A DNA stretch of 64,000 bases, taken from positions 12,400,001-12,464,000 of the forward strand of contig NC_043012.1 of NCBI RefSeq assembly GCF_006345805.1, given 5' to 3'. Source of the DNA: Octopus sinensis (lineage: Eukaryota). The position numbers were made by a program, and so were the translations under genes. Below the pieces are notes generated by a model. The model was not told the DNA's origin, searched no databases, and worked only from the letters and a program-made list of their open reading frames with translations. Below, piece after piece: positions 42,201 to 55,375 of this stretch; the stretch's first letter is position 1; each line of letters opens with the position of its first letter.

Positions 42201-43059
42201 CAACTTCATTTCCCTCTGTTGGGAACCCAATGTTTCCACCTGAGAAATGAGAATGTCAAGGTCTTTCGCAGTGAACATAAGATATTGCACATTAGCAATC
42301 AGGAATGTTTACTTTGTATGGAGACCGAGGTTTCACTTTTCAATATTAAATACAAATATATTTAGACACTGATATATACACGCAAAAGTATATTATATGA
42401 ATGCATGCTTGTATGTATATATGTGCGTATATATGCATGTACATAATACGTCCGTATATATTTCCTTATGTATGTATATTCATATGTATGTACTTGAAAT
42501 ATACGGAAAAACAAAAGACAAAGATATGTGTATGTACAACAAGCAGGTGTATTAGTTTGACATTCGGGCAAGAGAGAAAGTATTTTACATTTCGAGCCAA
42601 CACTCTTCAACAGGAATGACTAACAGAAAATAAAAAGAGACAGAATAAAACTTGTGCATTTAGCGGTGAAGCATGGTGACTGGTTGAAAAGAAATGTTTG
42701 ACTGGAGAGGTAGAAAGAAGGGGACATAAAATAGTAATGGTGATCCCAAAACGAAGGTGTGTGTGGGTATGTGGAATGTGTAAGTGTGTGTGTGTGTAAG
42801 TGTGGATAGGGGATAGTGACTGTATATACACACACAGCGTGGACTGACTTGGTTTTCTATTTTCATAAAGCTTACATCAAATTAATTCATTGTTTATTTA
42901 TAGACGTATATAAATCCACAAAATACATCTGAAATATGTATTTGATAGCTTCAAATGAATATGAACAAAGGTAAAGCAGCAGAATATATTAAGATTCGAA
43001 TGTGTTTTTGCCTGTAATTTCAATTTGTAGCAATTTATTTCAAATAACACTGTACTGCT

Positions 43060-43510
43060 TGGTATTTGCGCCGGAATTTCCATTACGAACATTTCAGAGT
43101 GATTGGAATGAGCTGGTTGAGTCTAATGGTTATTACGAAGGTACGGCAGCCTGAAAACTCACTCCGATCGTTGAGATAAGAAAAGAACTCCTGAATTTGA
43201 TAGTGAGATCCATGCCATAATTGAAAACGATCCCTTCAAGCCAATCAGGTCCATCGCCTGGGATATAGTCGTGTCTGTATTTTCTTATCAAGAAAGTAGT
43301 GTACGAAGAAATTCGGTATTCCTCATACAAATTGAGAAAGGGCGAGCTATGAAGGACAAGAGGAACCACCACTCTACGAAGCTTTTGAACAATCTCAAGG
43401 ATCCTCTCCAACTGAACATGCTTTGAGTTTTCTCAGACGACAAAAAATTCTACCAGGATCAGATGGTGAACACACGGAACAACCGTTGGCTTGCCGTGTA
43501 CCCAAAACAT
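43060..43510 (+). mobile_element. maT/DD37D-type Tc1/mariner transposase relic, N-terminal half
   Basis: Translates ELVESNGYYEGTAA, DKKRTPEF, IIENDPFKPIRSIA and FSDDKKFYQDQMVNTRNNRWLAV, with stops and frameshifts. Confidence 0.85.
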
Positions 43511-43688
43511 GTAAGGGTTGGCAAGAAAGTAATTTTGCAAATAGATAGAGTTACATTTCTTTTGAACGTCTTTTATTAATATTATGATTTTTACCTTTTG
43601 ATATTTGATAGCCTTTATCTTTAGATTACTTTAGAATCAAATTGCTAGTTATTGTATTTACATTGGTTAGATCGGTGACACTTTTAAC

Positions 43689-43958
43689 ATGGCGTGCAAA
43701 AAGGAACATTTTCGCCATATTTTGCTTTTTTATTAACGTAAAGGCAAGAAAGCTGCTGAGGCTCACTTACAGATGTGTGAAGTTTATAGTGTTGATTGTT
43801 TAACAGAATACACAAGTCAGAAAGCGATTTAAAAATTCCCTTCTGGAGATTTTTCACTCAAAAATGACCAACGTTGTGGTCGAGCTATTGAAGTTGATGT
43901 TGACCGAATCAAAGCCATAATTGAATGTGATTATCATATAACTCTGAGAGAGATTAAA
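43689..43958 (+). mobile_element. Mariner (mellifera-subfamily-like) transposase N-terminal relic
   Basis: MACKKEHFRHILLFY*RKGKKAAEAH...SGDFSLKNDQRCGRAIEVDVDRIKAII resembles Famar1-type MENQKEHFRHILLFYFRKGKNA...SGDFSLKDEKRSGRPVEVDDDLIKAII. Confidence 0.85.
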
Positions 43959-44279
43959 TGTATCTATATAACAAAATAAAACTTGTAGTATGTAAACAAA
44001 CGAATAGATACTAAATACACAGGCAAACATAAAACACAGAAGGTCACCAACTCCTCATCCGTTATTGGCCAGAGGATAAAATGCAATTTCAGCCATTTTC
44101 GATTATATTGCATCCACTCTGGAGGCACCTGCCAGAACCTTGCTGGGAATTAGACCAAAACATAACAAAACGAGACGGGCTCGAGATGAGACCGTTAGTG
44201 AACAACCAGGGGACAGAACAATAAACAGAATAAGGGCTTTGGGCGAGACGAAGACACAAATAAATAATAATATATACAT

Positions 44280-44696
44280 AGGCGCAGGAGTGGCTGTGTG
44301 GTAAGTAGCTTGCTAACCAACCACATGGTTCCGGGTTCAGTCCCACTGCGTGACATCTTGGGCAAGTGTCTTCTGCTATAGCCCCGGGCCGACCAATGCC
44401 TTGTGAGTGGAGTTGGTTGACGGAAACTGAAAGAAGCCTGTTGTATATATGTGTATATATATATATGTATGTGTGTGTGTGTTTGTGTGTCTATGTTTGT
44501 CCCCCTAGCATTGCTTGAGAACAGATACTGGTGTGTTTTCGTCCCTATCAATTAGCGGTTCGGCAAAAGAGACCGATAGAATAAGTACTGGGCTTACAAA
44601 GAATAAGTCCCGGGGTCGATTTGCTCGACTAAAGGCAGTGCTCCAGCATGGCCGCAGTCAAATGACTGAAACAAGTAAAAGAGTAAGAGTAAGAGT
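44280..44696 (+). mobile_element. Full-length young tRNA-derived SINE (family B)
   Basis: Head aggcgcaggagtggctgtgtggtaag...gttccgggttcagtccc, internal TA/TG microsatellite, tail (aagagt)n. Confidence 0.92.
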
Positions 44697-44825
44697 ACAT
44701 ACATACAGTTATACATACATATACACACAAGAAAAATGTTGGTCCTTTTTTTGTTTAATCCTGAAGATATTATTTATGTAACGCACGCAGTCCTGAATAT
44801 TTTTACCTATATACATATATATATA

Positions 44826-44864
<39 letters not shown>

Positions 44865-44868
44865 AATG

Positions 44869-44919
<51 letters not shown>

Positions 44920-44928
44920 ATGTAAATG

Positions 44929-44978
<50 letters not shown>

Positions 44979-45614
44979 GTATGTATGTATGTATATATGT
45001 GTATTCCTCGTAAAAAGAAAATTCGAAAATAATCGCGTAGAAATAAAAAATGACTTTTCTTATAATCGATTTTGGCTGTAATTCCATTGAATAGTTCAAT
45101 AAGTGAAGAAAAGAGAATAGATGAAAATTAATATTGTGAACTGAAAAGAGCACAGAAAGATACCACACAGGGAAGACCCTAGAAATTGATCGAATTTTTA
45201 TAGACCTTGGCCACGATATGTTTATTGCATATTATATTTCAAAAAATATATATCCGTCAATCATTCTAAATAAAGCTTATTTCCCATAAAATATAATCAG
45301 AATCTATCCAAGTTTAAAGGTGATTATATTACGAAGCCTGCCTTTCAGAATTGGAGTAAGAGAAAATGTATTAAAATGTTATCAATAGTATATTGTTATT
45401 TCGATGCTGGAATATTTATTGCATTTTCAAAAATAAAATCTAGAGAAAATACAAAGCTCTTCAAAATACGTGGCATTATTCCTATATCCATTTCAGGATA
45501 TATCAGAAAAATATATACAAAACATTGTATATGTATGCATGTATATTTATGTATTTGTATGCTTATGTGATTGCGTGTAATTCGAAAGAGTATTATTTTC
45601 ACAATAACAACAAC

Positions 45615-45686
<72 letters not shown>

Positions 45687-46208
45687 CTCTATCATAAGAA
45701 ATGATCCTTTCACAGAAATTTTGTCTTACTCTTCAGTAGTGTCTATTCAAAACCTGTTGTCATATCAACAGGGTAGTCATTCATCAAATCGATCACCTGT
45801 TGTTTTAAACCTTCCGACTTGCGGCATTTAAGGACGAAGAAATGAAATATGACGTAGTCTGGATTAATCCAACAGGTTAATCCTAAAATTAAATAAAGCT
45901 TCATATTGAAATCGAAATGTAATAAAACAATTGGCCCCATAATTTTTTCCATTGCTTTATGTGTAATAAATTGTTGATGGGGGCTGTCACAATATTTGGT
46001 TCAACGTGGAATATTTGGCTTATATTTTTTAATCTTTGATACATTAACATGTTTCATTCATTGGACACATACTATAAGTGAGAATGATTTCGAAAGATTT
46101 AGGAAAACATACAAGTTAGTAAGTATTAGGCACACTTTTTCGAAGTGCTAGTTCCAACAGATACACATATATACGCAAACCCACAAAAACACAGGCATAC
46201 ACACATAC

Positions 46209-46555
46209 ATACATAGACACACACTTTCACGCATTTCGCCCGTCGTGCTAACGTTTCTACCAGCTCACCGCCTTAAATACATAGTCATATCTGTTTACTT
46301 TTATAGGTCTATATTAATATTGTAATTACTAAAGGTGGCGAGAATTCTTAGTATGCCAGGAAAATTGTGTAGCTGCATTTCGTCTGTCTTTGCGTTGAGG
46401 GTTCAAATTCCGCCGAGGTAGACTTCGTCTTTCATCTTTTCCGCTTCGACAAAATTAGTACCAGTTGAGCACTGAGGTCGATATACTCTACTTAGCTCCT
46501 CCCCCCAAAAAATTGCTGTTTTCATGTTTAAATCAATATTTTTAGTACTAAAATT
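46209..46555. mobile_element. SINE family A: truncated minus-strand head (46209-46273) and plus-strand copy (46332-46555), head-to-head
   Basis: Reverse complement aaggcggtgagctggtagaaacgttagcacgacgggcgaaatgc. Plus copy ttcgtctgtctttgcgttgagggttcaaattccgccgagg...agtaccagttgagcactgaggtcgat. Confidence 0.75.
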
Positions 46556-48860
46556 TACAAAATACTGAAAATTTAAAGTGGTCAATCAGCTGATTAAATA
46601 GAGTCCAGTAATTCCCTGGTTCCTATTTATATATCTAAACGAATATATATCTATTTATATATCTAAACAAACCCAACCATTGAATGCTTTTCTAGATGTA
46701 CCCTCATATATTGCAAGAGTTGTTTTACTTTGCGTTGTTACTACAACAGCTAACAATATATGAACAATTTTACGGACCTTCTTTTGAAACGTTTGTCCGA
46801 AATAAGGCTTAATGCCACTCTAAGAACTTCGCAGAACGAAAAGTAGGAACATTTAAAAGAGGCTGACTGACAGAAATCTTGACTCACTGAAATCTTGACA
46901 TTTAAAATATATTGACTACACGCGTAATTTAACGGTAGCTTCAATGCTTTCCTCTCAGGGCACTTGAGCAGCAATGAATTTGGGTTTTCTCTATTAAATT
47001 CAATAATGTACTCAGGGTTATATACATACGTACGGAACGCATACATTCATAATTGTAAACACACACACACATAGATGAATGCATTGGAGACAATTTTCGT
47101 TCATCTCAGCTTAACGGAACAGTAATACTATGTGTGTATGTGCGTGTTTGTTTCTATGTATTCATGTACGTATGTATACATGCATGTATGTAGTTTGAGT
47201 ACTTTTTTGTTTGATATTACCATAAGGGAAAAGTGTCAACAGATACAGGACTAGTATATTTGTGTTAGACTATAGTCTACAATATAAATTAGATATCAAC
47301 ACTTTACCCAATTTCATGCAGCATCTCTTGGCTAGCTATTTTAAATATCTTAAAATGCTTGCTTTTTCAATAAGGAACATTAATACTTTATAATCTCTAA
47401 GTAGCTCATTAGATTTGTGGTGGAAACCAGCGGACGCGGTTGTTGACGGTTGGATAATGAAAGCTACGAATGCCTGCATTGAAATAAAAATTAATCTTTC
47501 ATATAATTTCAGATCATTATTCTTCAAGTAAATCCATTAATCTAAGCCGTAAAAAGATTTAAATGAATAAAAATTAGAAATAAAGAAGAAACAGAATGAA
47601 GTACAACAATCGAAAAAAGTGCAAATAATTTAACATTTAAATCTGTTTTAGCGTTAACGGGAGAACATGGATTATTATTAATGTTTGATTAAGTTGCAAT
47701 GAAATGTCAAAACGACGATTCAGGAAATGAATTAAGATTGGCTATAGAGCTTCAGTTAATTAGTTTTGCTTCATTAATTAATTCTCTTATTGTTCCAGAA
47801 AGAACGATAACCAATACGTTTTATAGATCAAAAAATTACCTGAAAATTATTCAAAAAAGAATCAGTGTTAAAACAACGGAAGTTATTTCCTAATGTTGTA
47901 AACGAATAGATACGTACAGTAGTAAAGAAAAAGTCCAGTCGCTAACAATTATTAATACATAAAGCGATATTCTTTTTTCTCTATTTCGACTAAATAGTGT
48001 ATGTTACAAAATGTGCAACTAAAACTTAAATGGCTTGTAGAAGTTCATTTCCTGTCCCAAAGCGCAAATGCATTTTAGAAGATACTGTTGCTGGTGTAAG
48101 TGAAAACAACAGGTTTTCAGAGAAACCATGCCTGACGAACGGAAACGTGAAACACTGAGTAGCACCTTTTGTTATATTTTTGTGATGTTTTTGAAGCTTT
48201 AATAATAAGCATATTACTCTACTTCCGGTATTCGAGTACAATTTTTTACCACCTTGTTTCACATTTAAGTGCATATTTATAACCATGTGTTTATATGCAG
48301 ATATATATGCGCGCACTCAAAAAACAACTCACATACACACACGGATGTACAGATACAAATATATGTCACAATCTAATGCAACAAGGGGAACAATAAATGA
48401 TAAAACTGAAATCAATAGTAATCTACAAGAATACAATAAAATTTAATAATTTTATTATGATAGCGGATGAGACAATTTCACTCATTGAAAAAATTCTCAG
48501 ATACAGTTTAGAACATTTAGAAAAAATTATATGTAAGCAAATGATAATGATTATAGGGTGGCAAACGTGTGAATTAGGGTCTATAAGTCACATGAAGTAG
48601 GTATATATGTTATTTCAAAACTCGCGTCAGTAACTAAAGAAGTTACTTCAATTTGGACATGTTATAAACAACTTCTGTTATTTCGTTGTTTCAGTCTATG
48701 GCCTTTGTTCATGCTGGGTCGCGATCTTGAAGGGTTTATTTTGACTCTAGTACCTTTCTTAAATGTCTGGATCTCATGCATTGCTGGTGCTCTCAAACAC
48801 AAGTAGAAAGACTGGTATATAAATACAACTATGTATACACACGCACACACATACACACAT

Positions 48861-49165
48861 GTAAAGGTAAAGACCCCCTTCTATCATGAGTGATCATGGG
48901 ATTGCACCTAGAAAGATCTCCTCCGAGTCTGGGCAAGGTTGTTTATGGAAGACCGGCAGTCGCCCATGCATACCAGCCTCTCCTCTCCACGCTATCGATG
49001 TTGTCCAAGGAAAAGCCAGAGACAGATACAGCTTGGAACCAGTGACATCGCAACTCATTTCAATAGCTGAAAGAACTGGAGCTAAGTGAAACAAAATGTT
49101 GTGCTGAAGAACAACATTGAACTCACTACCTCCTCGTTGTTAGCCCGACACTATATCCACTGATA
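48861..49165 (-). mobile_element. SINE (family D) with LINE-like 3' tail
   Basis: Body caactcattt...agctga..gaactggagc..gtgaaa..aaa.tgt..tgct.aaga shared with 59241-59560. Tail (gtaaag)n. Confidence 0.75.
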
Positions 49166-49752
49166 TATATACGCACTTATTCCTTGCCATTCGGCCGCAT
49201 TGAGCCAACATGCGTTTCGATATGTAATGAAAAGCTTATAATTGTTTATTCAAGTTTTCTATAGGTTTAAGCTAATCAATAATGCTTATAAAAAAATTAA
49301 GGCGCAGCTTCATGTGTAAGGGCGATGAGTGAAACTAAATTTACATGTAAAATTTGCACTAATGCAGTTAAATTAGAACGATGATACTGCGAAACTTCGT
49401 GAGGATGAAAAGACGTTATGTTTATTGTGACTATCATCTTTGAATGAATTATTGAGGAACATTTATTAATACTTAAGTTAAGAAATATCTGGAACCTAGA
49501 CGTTTAAGCAATTTGAATGATATTAATTCGATGCTAGTGATTAGAAGTTGAAAGAGTGTAATTAATAAAGGTCAATTATATTTGAGACCACCAGTAATAA
49601 ATTAATTATGTATAGAAATGGCGCTAGGATTTCCTGGTTTTGGCTGCAACAAGAATAAAACTTGGTGTTTACGTAGGTTTTTGCTTGCAAAATGTCAATT
49701 AATGCATAATACCCACGATGTAAATACTTAAGTAAATCTTTGTCTAAATATA

Positions 49753-50250
49753 CAGCGTGTCCCAAAAGTCACTGATGGGTTTCAATTTTTAATAACTTCC
49801 TTAACGTTAAAAACAAATGCCTGAAATTTTGATACAATATAAAGGACATAATGGGAATTGATATACACATGTGAAGGATTGAAACACCACCACATCACGA
49901 ATGAAAAATGACATCGCTTAAATAGCAGCCATTTTCGGCTTCACGCCCGTGCTCTTTCTAAAATTTGCACCATAACACCCTCAAGGGTTTAAGACCCTAC
50001 TTCTCTGATTGCTCTATTGATGGTCTCCTTCATTGCACCAGTTGACATTGCCGTAGCCGGAGATTATTCTCTCTCCAAAGCACTGCCCTAGCAACTGCAT
50101 TGTTTCTCTTGGGGTATGAGCAGTTTCCCCATCTTGCTGGAACCATGTGTGAGGCCTAATTTAAATGGCCTCAACGTTTCCCAGGTTTGATTAGCCCGGT
50201 TTTTTTCGTGTGGGGATACCTGAAAGAGAGAGCTATAGTCAAATAAGATG
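49753..50250 (-). mobile_element. rosa-like (DD41D-type) Tc1/mariner relic with TIR, internally rearranged
   Basis: TA|CAGCGTGTCCCAAAAGTC terminus at 49753. Minus translation WFQQDGETAHTPRETMQLLGQCFGERIISGYGNVNW and MKETINRAIREV...ILERAR...ENGCYLSDVIFHS*. Plus-strand piece WPQRFPGLISPVFFVWGYLKER at 50165-50232. Confidence 0.8.
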
Positions 50251-50309
50251 AAATATCTTTTATCATTATACTTGTTTTACTCATTGTTTTACTCATTGGA
50301 TTAGAACAT

Positions 50310-51483
50310 AGTTGGGTCCATAAAATAGGATTTAACTACACCTCCATTTAGAGGAAAGTTTAAGCTATCTTTTCGTTGAAGAAGGTTTATGTTCCTATAA
50401 CCTGTGTTAATTCTGCAACCCTTTAAATGAAAGATAAGAAAGTTCATTTTCGGCACTTTATGCTTTTCCTTTTCCTTAAAGGGAAAAATGCCTCACAAAC
50501 AACCAAAGAAATATGTGCAGTTTATATTGATGTTTCTTTATCCAAAAGAACTGAACGGATGTGGTTCGCAAGGTTCCTAGCTGGAGATTGTAGCCTTTTT
50601 TATAAAGAGCGATCAAACAGACCATCCACTACTGATGATGACCAACTCAAGTCATTAATTGAGAATAACCTACATTGCACAACCCGAGAATTGGCAGAAA
50701 GCCTCAACCTATCAAAATCCGTCATTCATGAACACCTGGTAAAGCTTGGGTACACAAATCGCCACGTGTTTGAGTACCACATGAGCTGAGTGAGAAGAAC
50801 CTTTGGGATCGCATTTCCATCTGTGATTCGCTTTATAAACGGAATGAAAATGCGCCTTTTTTAAAGTAAATTTTGACAGGTGATGAGAAAGCGATTCTGG
50901 AGTAAGCGACATGAGTCACCCTTAGCCACTCCGAAGGCGGGTCTTCACTCTAGAAAGTCTTGCTTTGTGTCTGGTGGGATTGGACAGGAATTCTGTACTA
51001 TGAGCTATTTCCAAGTAACCAGACAATTAATTCTGAAAAATACTGCACACAACTGGACGAGTTAAAGCAGCAATTCAACAGAAACGTCCAGAATTGGCCA
51101 ACAGGAAGAGTGTTGCTTTCCAACATGATAATGCAAGACAGCACATTTCTTCGAGAACCAGAAAAAATTGCTGCAGCTCGGCTGGGATGTGTTACCCTAC
51201 CCTCCATATTCACCAGATATAGCCCCTTCGGATTCCGACTTATTCAGGTCTCTGCAGCATAGCCTTAATGGTAAAAATTTCAATTCCTTGGGTGACATAA
51301 AAAGATATCTTGACGAATTCTTTGCCATGAAGCCACCTAAATTCTAGGAAGAGGGTATTTTCAGGTTAAAGGAAAGATGGAGACACATTGTGCAACAAAA
51401 TGGTTTATATTTGGTTGAGTAAAATGTAATAGCAAGTATTTATTGGCCTTTTTCTGCACGAACTTTCTGGACAACCCAATATA
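50310..51483 (+). mobile_element. Near full-length defective mariner (mellifera-subfamily-like); transposase pseudogene 50427-51422
   Basis: MKDKKVHFRHFMLF...KGKNASQ, GDEK at 50879-50890, QHDNAR near 51121, PYSPDIAPSD and LFRSLQHSLNGKNF. Frameshifts and a deletion after GDEK. Right TIR reverse complement TATTGGGTTGTCCAGAAAGTTCGTGC ends about 51481; left TIR eroded. Confidence 0.93.
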
Positions 51484-51589
51484 CATAAACCCATAAACCT
51501 GTCTACCCAACAATACTAAATATATGTGCATATACACACAAATATTCATAGATACATATACACAAATATTTGTGTATGTATACACACAC

Positions 51590-51968
51590 ATATATAATCT
51601 TCATTCACTTAATCACTGCCACCTCTACCATCACCAACATCATCATTACAACCGGCAGCAACAGCAGTGCTACTACCACAACCGCCATAGTAAACACTAC
51701 TAGCACTAGCGCTACCACTATCACAATTACCAGTATCAATACCAGCACACTTACTGTCACCACCATCAACCTCGTTGCCAACCACTTGCCTTTCGACATC
51801 ACTCCTATTATTCGCCACCTCTTCATCTCTATTATCATCATCACCTCCACTACCATCACCACTATCATCGTCGTCATCATCATCATCATCATCTTCGTCG
51901 TCCATCATCATCATCGTCATTATCCTCCTCCTCCTCCTCCTCTTCATCATCATCATCATCATCATCAA
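51590..51968. repeat. (CAT/CAC/CTC)n trinucleotide low-complexity block
   Basis: Direct reading. Confidence 0.85.
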
Positions 51969-52301
51969 TACACCTGGTGTATTGAAATCACTCGTAAAGT
52001 TTAATTAAATTCTCTACTACATTTTTCTGTTATTCAGCAATGAATGCGATTATTCTTAAACTATGATTTTCTGTATTTTATTTTTTAGTTCGTTAGTCTT
52101 TAATTAATTCTCCGAATTTAAATTACCACGTGTTTGGAATATTTTATGCCTCGATTCTGAAGCTGATGTTTCTTCCCTTTCTTTCTCGTCTCCTCCTCCT
52201 CTCCTCCACACCAGCATCGGTTGTCAAGCTATTTGAGGGAGAAACATACACACATACATACACACACACACACACACATACATACATACATACATACATA
52301 T

Positions 52302-52332
<31 letters not shown>

Positions 52333-52337
52333 AACAT

Positions 52338-52377
<40 letters not shown>

Positions 52378-52384
52378 ATATATA

Positions 52385-52491
52385 CGATGGGTGTGGGAAA
52401 AGTTTCAAAGCCTTTGAGTCTTGTACCTTCATCAGAAGTCTTGTACCATGTTTTGTTTCCTTGAAGCTCAAGACTTTTCATACACTCCTCG
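52385..52491. mobile_element. 107-bp mariner-type MITE
   Basis: TA|CGATGGGTGTGGGAAAAGTTT ... AGACTTTTCATACACTCCTCG|TA; imperfect TIRs with TA flanks. Confidence 0.6.
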
Positions 52492-52504
52492 TATATATAT
52501 ATTT

Positions 52505-52740
52505 ATACAATGGGCTTCTTCCAGTTTCCATCTATCAAATCTACTCACAAGGTTTTGGTCGGCCTGAAGCAATAGCAGCAGACAGTGTCTGGCCCCCAAC
52601 ATTGCTTGTCAACCGATGCTGGTCTGTTTACATCCCCGTAACTTAGCAGTTCTGTAAAAAGAGACCGATAGTATATGTACTACGCTTACAGAGAATAAGT
52701 CCTGGGGTCGATTTGCTCGGCTAAAATCGGTGCTCCATGT
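52505..52740. mobile_element. Rearranged SINE family B fragments (minus piece followed by plus piece)
   Basis: caaatctactcacaaggttttggtcggcc (minus) followed by cccccaacattgcttgtcaaccgatgctgg...gaataagtcctggggtcgatttgctcg (plus). Confidence 0.7.
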
Positions 52741-53601
52741 GGTTGGTAAGCAAGATAGTTACCACACAGACACTCCTGTGCATATTAAGAATATAGAACG
52801 AAGAATTTGTAATAATGTCGTTCATGATGGTGGTGGAGATGATAATGATGATGATGATAGTGGTGTTGGTGTTGTCGTTCTTGGTGGTGGTTGTGGTGGT
52901 GGTGGTGGTGGTGGTGGTGGCGGTGGTGGCGATGGCGGCAGTGATGGGTTGAGCTTCATCCTGTTCCTCGTTATCATCCCCACTATTATCATCCTCACAC
53001 TTGATACCCTGTCATCAATTTCTTCTCATATTTCTCCCGTCAACTTAACAACAAGCACATATATTTGTTTTACCAGCTCTGTAAAAATCTAACACGCCTT
53101 CTATTCAGAGGACCACCACTCATGACTACCGCCGCCACCCCCACCATTAGCACTGATAGTAGCAGCAACAGCTATCACAACACAAAGTGACTAAGATCGT
53201 TGTCTCCTGATATAGACAAATCTTTTGTTTACTGGGCAAAGGTGTAACTGTATTACGCAGCTTCCTTCTCAACTACATCGTTCCTGGTTCCGTTTAACTG
53301 AGTGGATATTGGGCAACTGCTTTCTACTATAGCTTCGGGTGGATTAATGCCTTTTGGGTGGACTTGGCAGATGGAAGCATAAAGAAGCTCTTCGTATGTG
53401 CACGAGGACTTCTGAATAAAGTTTACGACTGTGTATATCTCCTTTTGTTTTCGGGTACAACTTGAAGCTCGTTGATTTGATAAACAATGAACGGCATGGG
53501 AGAGCAGAAAGATTAAAGCTGTGGTTGAGAACGAAAGATTTGGCGTCCATCATCATCATCATCGTCATTATCCTCCTCCTCCTCCTCCTCCTCATCATCA
53601 T

Positions 53602-53652
<51 letters not shown>

Positions 53653-53879
53653 GAATATTAGAAAAGAGTTACCTGTTGGATGATGAGTTGTCCTGTGTTT
53701 CAAAATGCCGACATTATGACTGCTGCTCAGTGCACTGCAAACACATCAAAAGGTGTAAGATCTGACATGTAAGGTGTGACATAGATAGATGAAGCTAAGT
53801 CCAGCAGGAAGTGAAACAGTAGGTGCTCTGACTGAATCCGCACGCCAGAAACCATACAACGACTGATGAACATCGTTTT

Positions 53880-54245
53880 AAGCTCAATTAAACAGCTGGA
53901 ACTGTGATGAAACCCTGTCTGGAGAGGGTTTCCGTATGAAGGCTGCAGGTGTGGCAGCAAGATTTGCTTTCTGGCTATACCTCCATAGTAGTCAGAAGTG
54001 ATTTTCGGAGAATTTCTACGATTTCAGTAGTCCCAGTTTCTGGCCTTCTAATGACCCCGATTGTATTCTCACAGTTTATTTTGTGAGGCACGGTCGACAA
54101 AGACACCAATCGCTCTGCCTACAACACCAAAGCTGAGCTAGTGGCTAAAATCAAGGAAGTCTTCGAAGATATTTCTAGAGACATAATGAGCAACGGATGC
54201 GCCGTCTGGAGGTCGTGGTGGAAACTGAGGATGGTTACTTTGAGT
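53880..54245 (+). mobile_element. maT/DD37D-type transposase relic, C-terminal half
   Basis: VMKPCLERV, VWQQD, FSENFYDFSSPSFWPSNDPDC and YNTKAELVAKIKEVFED resemble maT WQQDSAPCH...WPPNSPDCNP...NTKxELxAKI. Confidence 0.8.
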
Positions 54246-54294
54246 ATATTATTATCTCACAGCCATAGTCTATTTGAGACGCACACACATGTAT

Positions 54295-54345
<51 letters not shown>

Positions 54346-54619
54346 CTTCTAATATATATATATATATATAATATATATACATATATATATATAATAATAT
54401 ATATTATATATATATATAATTTTCTTAAAGTAGTGGAAATGGCTAAAAATCTTTTTGGCTGCTATTTCTAGAAAGTTCAGTATGTGGCAAAGTAATTTAT
54501 TTTACTAAGCCCTAATTATATAATGTAATATTTTGAATACGCCTTAAATGGTCATTTTACATACTGAACACTGCTTGGTGAAATTGATTAGTAACTAATT
54601 AATTTTACCCTCAATTATT

Positions 54620-54660
<41 letters not shown>

Positions 54661-54850
54661 GTGTATGTACGTCACTATAGTGAAAAAGGGCACTAGTCAG
54701 CACCCGTATTGCGAGAAAGTCAATAGACACAAGACATCTCAATAGATACAGAAGTACTCTCTTAACTACTGACATGGAAGGTAAGCACCCTACGGATGCA
54801 GATATAGTCATGTTATAGATGATTTCGTATTTTGATGCTCAATGCAATCT

Positions 54851-54898
<48 letters not shown>

Positions 54899-55224
54899 CA
54901 ATTATAATGTAGGGCATCTAAGAGATACCACCACGCTTGAAATACCAGCGAAAACCTGACTCTAAAACCGCATTAAAAGTTCATACAGCACCAGGAGATA
55001 AAACGCCAGGACAAAATAAACTAGCAAAAAAAAATTACTGGATAATTCCAGATCCCGGATTTCTGTTTTGTAAACAAGTGTGGTAATTATTCAAATCCAG
55101 CCGATGTGAAATTTACTTTACTTTTATCGTCTATAAACTGTAGTAGCATCCAAATACTGTAGTTGATGACATAGACTATAACCTTCCCAAATGGTGTGAC
55201 TTAGTACATTTCAGTAGATGTTAG

Positions 55225-55375
55225 TATCAAAATTAATAATTTGGCCAACTTTAGTTTTCATCTTTTCGGGTTTCATAAAATAAGTACCAGTTGAATAGTT
55301 GAATAGTAGATCGATGTAATCAACTTATTCCCTCATTCGGATTTGCTGGCTCTGTGCCAAATTTTGAAACCAATG
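55225..55375 (+). mobile_element. SINE family A 3' half
   Basis: ttttcatcttttcgggtttcataaaataagtaccagttg...gctggctctgtgccaaattttgaaacc. Confidence 0.7.
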
